Below, piece by piece: positions 49,556 to 61,707 of a stretch of 64,000 nt of DNA (its first letter is position 1; the number at the start of each line of letters is the position of its first letter). Where the stretch lies: positions 40,238,001 to 40,302,000 of the forward strand of contig NC_058385.1 of assembly GCF_018350175.1 (NCBI RefSeq). The letters are read 5' to 3'. The DNA comes from Felis catus. Its lineage: Eukaryota. The notes under the pieces are model-generated. The model saw nothing but the letters and a program-made list of their open reading frames with translations. It was not told the DNA's origin and did no database searches. The position numbers and the translations under genes were made by a program.

Positions 49556-50412
49556 ATATGACAGGTACATTCAATGAAGAACACGATAGACAGAAATATG
49601 TCATTTTAATTGGGAAGGGGTGCAGAAGGAGCACTTTAAAATATTGAACCATGCAGTATGCTAGAAATGAAAAGATCCAGTGCCCAGATAGAGGGCAGGC
49701 AGTGAGAAATCAGAGCATAATGGGGCTGATGTATGGGGGGTGTGGCCAGCGTCAAACAAGTATGATCCAAGGGAGGGATCCGGCCACAAACCTGGAGCCT
49801 GATGAACCCAGGATAGCTTGCCAGGGCAGGGGGACCCTGGGGCTGAGGTTGGCAAGCTAGAGGACAGCGAGCTGTCCGATGAGCTGAGAGTGACCGTGCA
49901 CCAGCTGTGGCTGATTACAGAAGGGAAAGTCCTACCATCAGTGCTCGCGCTGCTGTCCCTTTGCTGTCTGTTCCCAGACATCAGAGACCATCCAAAGGGT
50001 TAGAGGTCCCTGGGAATGGGCAGACAGTTTGGAAGGTGTCCCAGGAGACACCGCATTTATCTTGCTCCCCCCGCCCCCGCCCCGGGGCACGTGTGTCTTT
50101 ATTTTCCCTCCTGTGGGTTAGTTTCCTCAGTCGAGCAAGAGCTCTGCCCTGTTTCTTCCACACCCAAACGGAAAACCAATCTCGGCCACGGGGGACGCGA
50201 AGTCCCTCAAATACTTGCAAACACTTTAAACACTGGCACACTTGCAGGAGGGGAGATTCCCTAGCTGAAGGATAAATAAAGGCTAATTGTTAACAATCAT
50301 TTTTTAAAGTCTCCCCTTTCACAGGAAGGAAAATGTGCCAGATCCTGCTAACATAGGAAGTGGTCCCAGATCCTGTTCTTTTTTTTAAAAAAGAAAAAGA
50401 AGACTAAGTATA

Positions 50413-50637
50413 NNNNNNNNNNNNNNNNNNNNNNNNNNNNNNNNNNNNNNNNNNNNNNNNNNNNNNNNNNNNNNNNNNNNNNNNNNNNNNNNNNNNNNNN
50501 NNNNNNNNNNNNNNNNNNNNNNNNNNNNNNNNNNNNNNNNNNNNNNNNNNNNNNNNNNNNNNNNNNNNNNNNNNNNNNNNNNNNNNNNNNNNNNNNNNNN
50601 NNNNNNNNNNNNNNNNNNNNNNNNNNNNNNNNNNNNN
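50413..50637. other. Assembly gap (225 N)
   Basis: N run. Confidence 0.99.
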
Positions 50638-51409
50638 TGACTTCCCCAGTTCAAGCGTGCAGCTGAATGTTTAAAAGGCCTGCCTTTGCCCGAGCTCTTG
50701 CATTCTGCAGAATTACCTTCACTAATGCCTGGCAACTGGAGAAAGGGTGTCGGAGCGAAAGCTGGGCTTCCAGCTGTGGGAGGTATGTTCTCCAAAACCT
50801 CTGGGCTCGTAATAGACTGCTTACTGATAAGCAAATGGAAAAGGGAGCTGATTGTGGCCACTGGGAGCCTTGGACCCATGGATGTCTCCTCAGTAAATCA
50901 GAGGAAAGAACAAAAAGGAACTGCTACCTCCCCACTCCTGCCCGGAGTCTGGGCCTTCTGATGCAGATGATACTATCTGAAATGAGCTCCTTTGAACTGG
51001 CCAAGGGCTGATATCCAGGAGGGAGGCACCAGTATGGGCATGCTGATTGTTCAAATAGGGACATGTTGGTTCCAGTTGGTAATTAACCTCTTCCTGAGCC
51101 TCACAAGTACCTGTAGGCTGGCCCACCCCTTCTCCCAGAACTGCCCGGAGCCCCTCATGACTAAAGGGGATATGGCGCCACAGCCCTGGCACCACAGCAT
51201 GCCCCCAGCACCCTACTTGGTGACAAGGCTACTTTCTGGTTGATTGGCATCTGTGCCATTCAGATTTGCTCAATATTTTATCGTTACCTCTTCATTGGCC
51301 TCAGTTAGTACTCCTTACGGGATTGCAGGACAAACGTACCTTTTCCCAAATTCCTTTCTATAGTAAACAGAATTAGTGAAAGAGTCCTGTGTGGTTCAGT
51401 TTTCCACGT

Positions 51410-51790
51410 TGTATTAATTGTCTATGGCTGTATAATAAAACGCTCCAAAATAGAATGGCTTAAGACAACAACACGCATCATCTTGCAGTTTCTGCGAGTC
51501 GGGGGTCTGGGGTGGCTTGCTGGATGCTCTGGCTCGAGGTCTTTCACAAGACCACAGTCATGGCACCAGCTGGGGTTGCAATCGACCTCAGAGCTCAACT
51601 GGAGAAGAACTGCTTCCAAGTCCACATCGTTGGTGGGATGCTCTTTCTCCCAGGCTTTTGGTCAGAGGGCCTCAACTCCATCCTAGCCGCTGGCCAGAGG
51701 CCACCCTCAATTCCTGGCCACGTGGGCCCCTTCATAGGGCAGTTCACAGCATGGCTTCAACAGACGTGGGGGGAGAGAGAGGGAGATCAT
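51410..51790 (-). mobile_element. MLT1 (E/F-like) LTR, partial
   Basis: TGTATTAATTGTCTATGGCTGTATAA...GGCTTAAGACAAC and TTCCTGGCCACGTGGGCCCCT. Confidence 0.82.
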
Positions 51791-52557
51791 TTAGTTTACC
51801 CCTTCCCACTCCAATAGGAGACAAACGATTTATTGTCCATAGTAAGGACATCAGATAGTGTCTCCTACAAATTATATCCTACATGCAAATGAATCAGATC
51901 CCATATACAATAGCAAACATGTGTTTTAATTCCATTAATCTACCCAGAAAATTGTCACTTTCTTATTGGGCCAGTGACATGAGAGTACTGGGGCTTTTTA
52001 ACTTAGGACAGATAAGAAGCTGCCAACGGAGCTGGTAATGGGAAAACAATGGGCCGCTCTTAGGAACACACTTTTTTCTGCTATGAAGAGCTTATCCTGG
52101 AACTTTCGTCTTCTCCCTTTTTATTCCACCCCCACCCTGTCTTTCCCCCGCTTACGAGCAGAACTCAAGCACACATTATCCACTTCATGCACTGCCCCAT
52201 GCCTTCCCAGGGAGCGAGAAATTGGAAATGAAACACACTATATGCAGATTGGTTTTAATCACCTGGAACAGATGGTGTAGAAAGTGGCAGGTAAGTGCAA
52301 TTGCGAATTTCCTTTGGATGTTTCTTAAAATGCAAAAACAACAAAGAAATTAAATGGACTGTCAAATGTCAGCGTCAGCTCTGGCTATGAACAGCCAGGC
52401 TTCCCCATGTCTGTACATAACCCTAATACTATCTAAATCTATTTTTCCACTTCTCTGTTAATTAACTAACATTTGATGGGCTAAACGCAAGAAGATGTAC
52501 ACAGAAACAAAGCAAACACGTTTTACTCCTTGGCTGTGGGAGAGTGGAAGGGAGCCC

Positions 52558-52713
52558 NNNNNNNNNNNNNNNNNNNNNNNNNNNNNNNNNNNNNNNNNNN
52601 NNNNNNNNNNNNNNNNNNNNNNNNNNNNNNNNNNNNNNNNNNNNNNNNNNNNNNNNNNNNNNNNNNNNNNNNNNNNNNNNNNNNNNNNNNNNNNNNNNNN
52701 NNNNNNNNNNNNN
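52558..52713. other. Assembly gap (156 N)
   Basis: N run. Confidence 0.99.
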
Positions 52714-53469
52714 GCTATGCGTAAGGAATGTGTGATAAAATGCTACGCTGGGACCATAATAAACGGGCTGGAAGGGAGCCGAGGTCCTCCTCTGTAATGC
52801 AGAGACATTAAGACCTGTCTGATTGTGATGACAGACAGGTATTTGACTGAGCACACTGGCAGCTATAAAAAAAATAGCTAAAAGCTAATGTCAAGATGTG
52901 ATGTAGACCTGCCACCTGCCATCAAGAGTAATTATGGCCCTGACCGCTTGCTCGTAGGGAGGGCAGAGGAAACAATATTGTATCTGACTAAAACGAAGCG
53001 GCTACGTTTGATTTGTGGCCCTGATGGCACGACTGGCCCCACTGTCACCCTCCTTGATGAAGCAGCAGAGTCAGACACTGGCAAGTGTCCTCACCGAAAG
53101 GGATTTGAGGGCTGACTTGCTTTCACTCAGTCCAGTTAGGAGGAAGCCAGGGAAGAGACGGCAAGGTGGTCTGGAGAGATTAACTGGATACTTTATCTTC
53201 AAAGAAAAGACCAAGCTGCATGGATAACTTAGAGATGTAGACATCAGTCCAGGAGCCCTTTCAGAAATGCACGTTTCATGAGCCAAGAGACCAGCCAGGT
53301 ACAGGCCAAACATGCTTCAGAAAACCGTGCGCTGCAGACCCAGAAAGAAACCTTACCTCGTGGATGTCGACAGGCTCCCCACCATAGAAAGAGCGAGTGC
53401 CACCACACAGGCTTTGAATGCTGTGGAAGAGCCGAGAAGAGGAGTCGAAACCTGTGTAGGATGGGGTCC

Positions 53470-53865
53470 CCTATTTGTTTGCTAGGGCTTCCATCATGAA
53501 CTACCACAAACTGGGCAGCCTAAGCAATAAAACCAATTTGTCTCATGGTTCTGGAGGCTAGAAGTCTCAAATCAAGGTGTTTGCAGGGTTGTTCCTTCTA
53601 CGAGCCATGAAGAAGGATCTGTTCCATGTCCTTCTGTGTACCCCTGCATATGCTCATGGCGCTCTTCCTGTATATTAGTCTATCTTCAATTTCCCCCTTT
53701 CTTAAAGGACACCGGTCAACCTGGATTACAGCCCACCCTAATGATCTCATTCCAACTTGACCATCTCCACAAACACCCTATCTTCAAAGAAGGTCACAGT
53801 CTAAGGCACTGGGGATTCGGACTTGAGTGTATGAATGTGAGGAGAACACAATCCAACCTATAATA
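53470..53865 (-). mobile_element. MLT1C-like LTR
   Basis: TTTGCTAGGGCT...TACCACAAACTGGG...GTTCTGGAGGCTAGAAGTC...CACAATCCAACCTATAATA. Confidence 0.88.
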
Positions 53866-55530
53866 GGCGCCTAGAGGAATAATCCACCTGGCCAAGTGCA
53901 TATGGGAATCAAAAGTTCTCACTAGTCTGAGGGGAAATGACCAGGTGTTGCAGTTGAGGTCAGATCAGTAGGATGTGGTTGTGAGGCAAAGACTGCAGAC
54001 ATGTGAGGCAGATGTGAGCATGATGTCCATAGGTATAAGGATACAGGCAAGACCAGGCATGAGAGGGCACAGACCATTAGCAGAGCTCCAGGGAAAGCAG
54101 GCAACAGAATGAGGGGCCACCAACTGAGAAGACAGACTTCAGGGTCCCAGATAGCATCAATGGATAATGTGGAGCTGGGCTCTGAGGTAACCCAGAAAGA
54201 CACAGGAATCTTTCTTGGTGACGATGAGAGCATTTTAAGGGCCTTTGGTTTGCCCTGGCTCAGATCTTCTGTAGTCAACCCCATAAAGGACAGGGTTGGT
54301 CATACAGACCCTGACCCTGCACGGGGAGCACATCCTTATCTACCCAGAGTTTATACGCTTAGCACCTCTGGGGGTTGGGCATTTTACTAGGAGGAGCTGA
54401 TCTTCCATGAACTAGGTAGGAAGTTCCTTCAAAATCCTCACAATTCACTTCATGGAGGTATTTGTCCTCTGGGCCTTACTGAGAAAAAGGCAGAAGACTT
54501 ATTTGTGGATTCTTGGCCAGATTTTGACAGTACTGTTATGAACTAGGGGTGACATCACCAAAGAAACATCTGACACTCTTATTTTAGGGATAATTTAGAT
54601 AAATTACAAGAGGGTGGGTAGAGAGGAGAGGGGAACAGAAAGAACAACTTTGAAATGAGAGGAAAGGAAATACAATCACCTCATAGGGTCTATCTCCTCT
54701 CATCCAATAACTAAATTTGAATAAAATATTGTATTTTCAGTTATTTAGTCTGGAAACATTGTGTTGATAAGTCACTAGGAAAATGAAGATACACAGATAT
54801 CCCACCTTCGAGCTATAACTTCTCAACCGTTTTCCAGGTAAGGAAAATATGTCAAAGAAATTGTTTTCGGAAAACGAACGGTCCTGTTTTCATTAACTCA
54901 TGACTTTTTAAGATGTCCTTTAGGACTTAAAAGTTTTAATGTTGTCTCTCCCCAAAGGTGTTTTTAGGGTTTGAAGATGACATTTGAGCCTAAATCATTT
55001 CAGCTGTTAAATATTAAAGAGAAATACACAATTTCTGCTTTTGACATAAAACATTCTTTTCAATAGTTCAAGTAACTAAAATGTCTCAAATGTTCAAGTA
55101 ACTAAATTTGAAACCTGGAAACTTGCTTGTCTATGGTACTCCACGGAAAAGAAATTCTACTCAAGTTGGAAAGCATCAGAGTAGACATTTTTATGATTGC
55201 AAATATTATAAGGGGAACGACTGAGCATGTATCAAGCATTTCTCTAAATTTCATATATTTTTCTACTCAGGGATATTTTGGGCATGCATGTGGCCTGCAA
55301 AAAGCTCTTATTTCTTTGAGCAGCAAATTAAAAAAGAAAACTCTTGATAGAAGTCCCCCAAATAAATTCTCATTTATGTTTTAATTCAACTACTACTACT
55401 ATTAACTTTTAATACTTTTATTTATGAAGCATGTTCTATGAGCTTAATAAACTGGGAAAGCATATTGATAAGCTTAATAAATACTGTTACATAACATCAT
55501 TTCAAGTTTTCTTTAAAATCCACCTATAAG

Positions 55531-55747
55531 AGGGGTGCCTGGGTGGCTCAGTTGGTTAAGCATCTGACTTCGGCTCAGGTCATGATCTCTCAGTTTGTGG
55601 GTTCAAGCCCCGTGTCAGGCTCTGTGCTGACAGCTCAGAGCCTGGAGCCTGCTTCAGATTCTGTCTCTCCCTCTCTCTCTGCCCCTTCCCCACTCGGGTT
55701 CTGTCTCTCTCTGTCTCTCAAAACTAAATAAACATTAAAAAAAGATT
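55531..55747 (+). mobile_element. SINEC_Fc
   Basis: TSD AAATCC(A/C)CCTATAAGA. Confidence 0.95.
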
Positions 55748-55824
55748 TTAAATCCCCCTATAAGATAGATAGCATCATTCCTAATTTGAAGATGTGAGTG
55801 AGGCTCAGAGAAGTTATGTACCCT

Positions 55825-55991
55825 GAGGGGTGCCTCATAGGTAAGCGACCTGTGCAGTCACAAAAAGCCTTGCATTGAAAAGGACCTCATGCTTGGTTTA
55901 ATGGTCTGATGCCATTAAATTAAAATTCTTACTAAGTTTTGAACAACCACTCATTTTGCCCTGGGCCCCACAAATTATATAACTGTACTCG
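55825..55991 (+). mobile_element. MER91A-like MITE inside a minus-strand MIR (about 55765-56070)
   Basis: GCGACCTGTGCAGTCACA, GCTTGGTTTAATG, CATTTTGCCCTGGGCCCCACAAATTAT. Confidence 0.82.
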
Positions 55992-56183
55992 ACCAATGTC
56001 CCATGGGTCTTAGGGAAGCGAAATCTGGATTCAAAACCAAGTCAGCATGGTGCCAGAACATGCCACCATTCTGTTTTTATCTTGCTGGATTTCCAAGAAG
56101 GTCTTAACAGTGATAGTATAATTTTTTGGAAATAAAGACTTCATTCATACACATAAAACAACTAAGTACTAGGTTAAAAGCGT

Positions 56184-56731
56184 TGTGACAATTGTACTTT
56201 CCATAAATGCCCACAATAATATCTCCCATTCCACATGTTCTGCTACAGCACGACTTTGCTACTTCCCCATCATGGAGTGGAATCTAATTCCCTTCCCCTT
56301 AAACTTAGGTTGCCCTTTCTGACTTGCCTTTGAGCAGCAAAGGTGACATTCTGGGGGTTAAGGGGCATAGCTGACTTGCAGTTAGCTATGCTTTCTTGAA
56401 AGGCTAGCTCTTAGCACGCTTCTTTTGGGAGCCCAACTCCCATGGCTGTGAGAAGCTCAAGCCACGTGGCGAGGCCACTCGAACACATGTAGGTACTTCA
56501 GTGGACAATCTCAGCTAAACTCCCAGCTCATGGCCATGATCAACTGCCAGCCATGTGAGTGAGTCCATCTGGTCAAGCCTTTAGGTGAGAGAAACTCAAG
56601 AGCAAACCATCCAGTTGATGCCATGTAAGATGGGGTCCTCTTTAAGTCACAGTCAACCCACAGAACATAGCAAGTTATCCTAAGCCACTACATTTAGGAA
56701 TAGTTGGTACATACATTAGGTAGTCGGAATA
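56184..56731 (+). mobile_element. MLT1G-like LTR
   Basis: TTTCCATAAATGCCCACAATAATATCTCCCAT, GTGAGAAGCTCAAGCCAC, TAAGCCACTA. Confidence 0.82.
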
Positions 56732-56885
56732 AGTATTAAGACACTCAAATAATTTGATTCCTGATGTTGTTAAATTTACTGGAATTCTTTGTACTGACTC
56801 AAGAGTAATCAGCCTGTGTGCAACATAGCAATTGATTGAATGATAAAAATTATTTTAAGCCCTTCAAACATTAAAGTCCCATTTA

Positions 56886-57100
56886 AAAAATTTTTTTAAC
56901 GTTTATTTATTTTTGAGACAGAGAGAGACAGAGCATGAACGGGGGAGGGGCAGAGAGAGAGGGAGACACAGAATTGGAAGCAGGCTCCAGGCTCTGAGCC
57001 ATCAGCCCAGAGCCCAACGCGGGGCTCGAACCCACGGACCGCGAGATCGTGACCTGAGCTGAAGTCGGACGCTTAACCGACTGAGCCACCCAGGCGCCCC
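56886..57100 (-). mobile_element. Young SINEC_Fc
   Basis: CpG-rich body; perfect TSD TAAAGTCCCATTTA at 56872-56885 and 57101-57114. Confidence 0.97.
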
Positions 57101-57722
57101 TAAAGTCCCATTTAGATGTTACTAACCTAATACTCTATAAATGTGTTTATTGTCGACCCGTCATCTGCAGGAGCTAGCATGATTCTGAAGACTCGTAACA
57201 CAGTCTTCATACACACAAGCTGAGAAGACACGTTCTACCAGCAAAGCCAGTTAAGTGATAGTTCTCCAAAATTAACTGACCAACATCACCCATCTAAGAG
57301 CTGACCCTCACGATTTCATTTCTCTAGACTCATGCTGAGAATTAAGATGTCTCTTCAAACTCTATTTAGTCTTCAAAGAAGTAACAATGCATTTGTCTAC
57401 ACAACTATATCCATGCATCTTCCCATCCTAAGGAGTTGTTTCCAGAAAGAACAGCAGAAAACTGACCAATGGGTGATAAGGCACACATCAATTATTAGGT
57501 ATTAGTATTATTTTTCCTCTGCCTTTTGGAATTGTCTCTTAGCAAACAAGTAGCAAGTCTGCAAAAGACATTAGAATAACCATTTCCCATCTACCTTCCT
57601 AACTCTACAAATTACCCTTTACACCCACACACACCTGCACACATTCATACACATGAGAGTGTGAAGTAGCATACATTCTATCTGGGATAGGGTCAGGCTC
57701 TACGAAATGTGTAGTGAACAGT

Positions 57723-57750
57723 AAAACAAAACAAAACAAAACAAAAAAAA
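57723..57750. repeat. (AAAAC)n repeat
   Basis: Read directly. Confidence 0.85.
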
Positions 57751-58115
57751 CGCCAAAAATCATTAAGTGCTTGAGAATGGAGAAAAATCCTTATAAATAA
57801 TCTGATAATTTGCCGAAAGTTTCCCTGATGTTCTGGAACACAGAATAAATGAAACCAACCTATAAATTCTAGTAAACTTTATCAACTTTCCTATGTCTTA
57901 TGTCTACCTGCCCTGTTTCTCTCAGTTATCAAAAATTGCATATTGGCCTTCTGATAGAGCATGCTATGTTTTGGTTATGTCTTGTGAGGTTAAGTTTTAT
58001 ATTCTGTGTTGAAAAATCATTAGACCTCATCATTCTAGTCTATTCCTTCCCTATGTAGCCATCTTGACAAAATATTCCACTTAGAAGGTATCTAGCCTCT
58101 ACCAACCTAAGTTAT

Positions 58116-58270
58116 NNNNNNNNNNNNNNNNNNNNNNNNNNNNNNNNNNNNNNNNNNNNNNNNNNNNNNNNNNNNNNNNNNNNNNNNNNNNNNNNNNNNN
58201 NNNNNNNNNNNNNNNNNNNNNNNNNNNNNNNNNNNNNNNNNNNNNNNNNNNNNNNNNNNNNNNNNNNNNN
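58116..58270. other. Assembly gap (155 N)
   Basis: N run. Confidence 0.99.
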
Positions 58271-59249
58271 CTCTCTTACTGTCAATGGGAATTTGTGTCT
58301 GGAATTAGGACCATTCACCATGAATTCACAAACAGCTTACACGTTCTCTAAGTCAGCAACTATCAGATCTGTTGCAGAAATCCTACCAGACATGATTTCT
58401 GGAGGACAGCCAAGAGGGCTGAGAATCTGTTGTGAGTTAGCCAGACTGTTTCCATTGAGCACATCTGACTCTGCTAACATTTAAGATCATGTATCTCCCT
58501 AACCCAGAGCCTGTGACTTGCCAGCAGGAATAAATAGTACAGCACAGGCCCTGAGCCTGGGCCGAGGGTTATGGTTTCTGAGCAGAATCAAATCATGGAC
58601 TTGGACTTTCCTTTCTCCTCAGGGATAAAGATGATTCAGGCTGAAGCAGCTGAAAAATATGGAAGTCATTAGGAGGCTAAACTGTACACAGCAACCAAAG
58701 TATTAAGAACTCTCAGTAAACAAAATGACCAGCATTTCTGATCCCCCCAAGCTCCCTAAACTAAGAAACATGGCTAAGAAGACCCTTAGCCATCCCCCGA
58801 TGCAATTCTCTCATTCTGCAGGAGAGTACTCAAGATCACACAGTGACTTGCAACCCAGAGAACACTAGACCCAGACTCCCCTTCCTTTTCTCCAGTGATT
58901 TTTCCACCACTAAATGTTGGTTCCTCCCTTCTTGCTGCTTCCCAAAGCACCACTTTCTGGCCTTGCTTCCCCGCCATCTTGGATTCTACCCACAGCTTAA
59001 TTCTGGGGTGAGAATGACCTTGTCATCCGGGCCTTCCGTAGGTTCTGTGCGTTAAATTGGGGGAAAGAAGGGCTATATTCTGTTTTTCTGACTGTCTTCT
59101 ATTCTTCCCTACCTTTCTGCTTCATGATACTGTTTTAACAGTAGTGGAGGCTGCTATATGTATATCAGTCCTGCAATTAATTGAGTAGTACAGAAATGAG
59201 GATTTATCTGTCCACTTACCTCTAGGGATCATCTGTTCTCTTTCATGGA

Positions 59250-59447
59250 GTAAGGACTACCCCACCCAAGAAAGTGACCCCCAGACATGCAAAGGGACAT
59301 TCATTGGTTGTCACAATGACTAGAACACACTACCAGCATTTTGTGGGTGGGACCAGGGAGGCCAAGCCACCAGCAATGCCCAAGACAGTTCCTTACAGTG
59401 AATCATCTCGCCCAAACTGTCAGTAGCACTCCATCGAGGAAACAGTG
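59250..59447. mobile_element. MER20-like hAT-Charlie MITE
   Basis: TTGGTTGTCACAATGACT and CCAGGGAGGCCAA; terminal GAGGAAACAGTG. Confidence 0.7.
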
Positions 59448-59634
59448 ATAGAACCAACTAGCTGAGGAAAAATCCTTTCTTTCTCTGTGTGGACAAGGGA
59501 GGCAGGAGGGAGGGGGCAAAGCATCAGAGCCGGGGTAAAAAGCAAAGGTTCTCAGCACAGCTCCCCCAGTGATAACCTGGATAAATTATGTTTCTGAGTC
59601 TTTTTTTTTTTCCTTTCATCATAAAATAAGGACA

Positions 59635-59823
59635 GGAGCGCCTGGGTGGCTCAGTCAGTTTAGGTCAAGATCTCGCAGTCCATGGGTTCGAGCCCCACAT
59701 CTGGCTCTGTGCTGACAGCTCAGAGTCTGGAGCCCGTTTCCGATTCTGTGTCTCCCTCTCTCTCTGCCCCTCCCCTGCTCATGCTCTGTCTCTCTCTCTC
59801 TCTCTCCCTCAAAAATAAATAAA
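59635..59823 (+). mobile_element. SINEC_Fc with a short deletion in the head, inside a MIR
   Basis: TSD CATAAAATAAGGACA at 59620-59634 and 59824-59838. Confidence 0.95.
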
Positions 59824-60034
59824 CATAAAATAAGGACAAAACATCTAATTCCTAGAGTTATTATAAAGATTGAATGACAATTACATAAAATTGTTAAACA
59901 CCTGTTAGTGCAGTGACGGAGAGGATTTTATTCTCCAGATTTCCCGAAGACAGAAAAATAGGGAAAGAGAATGCATGCTGCTTCACGGGAAAGCTTCAAG
60001 AAGAATATCCAGTAGAGACTCAAATTTGGACTTT

Positions 60035-60274
60035 CATTTATTTTTTTTATCTTTTTAATACATTTATTTATTTATTTTGAGAGAGAAAGAGAGCATGCAT
60101 GAGTGGGGGAGGGGCAGAGAGAGAGAGAGAGAGAGAAAGATCGAGAATCTGAAGCAGGCTACACACCGTCAGCATGGAGCCTTGATATGGGGCTTGAGCT
60201 CATGAACTGTGAGATCATGGCCTGAGCTGAAATCAAGAGGTGGATGCTTAACCTACTGAGCCACCCAGGCGACC
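60035..60274 (-). mobile_element. SINEC
   Basis: TSD CTCAAATTTGGACTTT at 60019-60034 and 60275-60290. Confidence 0.95.
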
Positions 60275-60799
60275 CTCAAATTTGGACTTTTAGAAGACTC
60301 AGGAAGTGTGTGTGTGTAGGATTTGGGGGTCTGGGGCTAGGTGGCAGTGGAAGGGGAAAGTGAGTTGGAGGGCCAATGGCCAGCAGGATACTAGCAAAAT
60401 ATGTTAACTGTGAAATGTGAGCCTAACAGCTTCAGGAAAACTACTAGAGAAACATGGTATTGTGAGTTTAGATACTTTGTAGAAACTTGCAGGGGGTAGA
60501 TTTTCCTTCAAATCAGCTCAGAAATAGTATCTGTGTGGAGGCAGGAGAAAAGGGTTGGGGTCAGAAAAAGTATTAACCAAAATGTAGGACTGGTGATTCC
60601 AACCCCGGTTATCCGAGTTTCAAAGGTATAGAGAAAGGGCAGGTCACAACAGCATCAGGCAGGTACTGAAAAAAATTTCTAATTTGAATTAAAGCTCAAT
60701 TCTCCCACCCCACTCCACCACAGAGCCGAAAACTTCTAAATGACCAGTATTTATCGAAAACTTAACCATGGACGAAACACAGTGGGAACTAGAGGAAGT

Positions 60800-61100
60800 C
60801 GACAATGCACTCATACCCTCAGGGCTGTGGATTTAAAGCCTGGGCTTTGGGGTCAAATACACCACACCTGCATACAATCCAGGTCCCTTACGGTCTTGCA
60901 GACTCATCTGGGGCCTGTGCTTTAACTCTAGATTCCTGGTATCCTCGTCTATAAAATGGCAGCAAATGTAGCCCTGACCTCAGAGGAACGTGCTGAGAAG
61001 GACATGAGACGATCCATGTGAATGTGCACTGTTGTTAATGGTATTTCATGTGACTCAGTCAATGTCCAGTAAAGTAAAAGACGCTAAAGTGAACGTTACT
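60800..61100 (+). mobile_element. MIR, degraded
   Basis: TCCTCGTCTATAAAATGG, ACCTCAGAGG, GAGAAGGACATGAGA. Confidence 0.6.
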
Positions 61101-61481
61101 GCGATCATCTCTGGTGGACTTAAGTCAGAATAGATCCTGAGATGCAGAAGCCTGGCTTCGTATACCCACTGATTCCTTAAATTTTTACTGCAATCCCAAC
61201 ACAACGTTTTTGGGGAATGAGAAACAGGATCCCATTAACAGAATTCTTTGTGATCATGTAAATTTATAGAACTATACTGTTCTCAAGCTACTGAAAACAG
61301 CCTCTTCCCAGAGAAATGAGACTTGCTGCTTCCAAGATCCTGCCAGTGTCTGCCATAATGTGAGTATGGCATTAATGTCTGTAAAAAGAATACTGTACAT
61401 GGATTCTGTAGCTATTAAGATATTGATGCTGATAAACCTGCTTCCCAAAGTTTATATGTTGAAATGTTTCCATCCTATTTT

Positions 61482-61538
61482 TTTAATGCGTATTTATTTT
61501 TGAGAGAGAGAGAGAGAGAGAGAAAGCATAGGAGGGGC

Positions 61539-61578
<40 letters not shown>

Positions 61579-61707
61579 GATCCAAAGCGGGCCCTGTGCC
61601 GACAGCAGAGAGCTCAACGCAGGGCTTAAACCCATGAACCGTGAGATCATGACCTGAACTGAAACCAAAAGTCAGATGCTTAACTGACTGAGCCACCCAG
61701 GTGCCCC
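61482..61707 (-). mobile_element. SINEC with two (GA)n tracts
   Basis: TSD CATCCTATTTT at 61471-61481 and 61709-61719. Confidence 0.94.

Noticed and set aside
1296-56731. LTR orientation bias implying a plus-strand host gene
   Set aside because: About seven minus against four plus elements is too few, and the L1 orientations do not agree.
6232-58270. N-runs as deliberately masked exons
   Set aside because: The flanks lack consistent AG/GT or AC/CT splice boundaries, and one gap lies inside a SINE.
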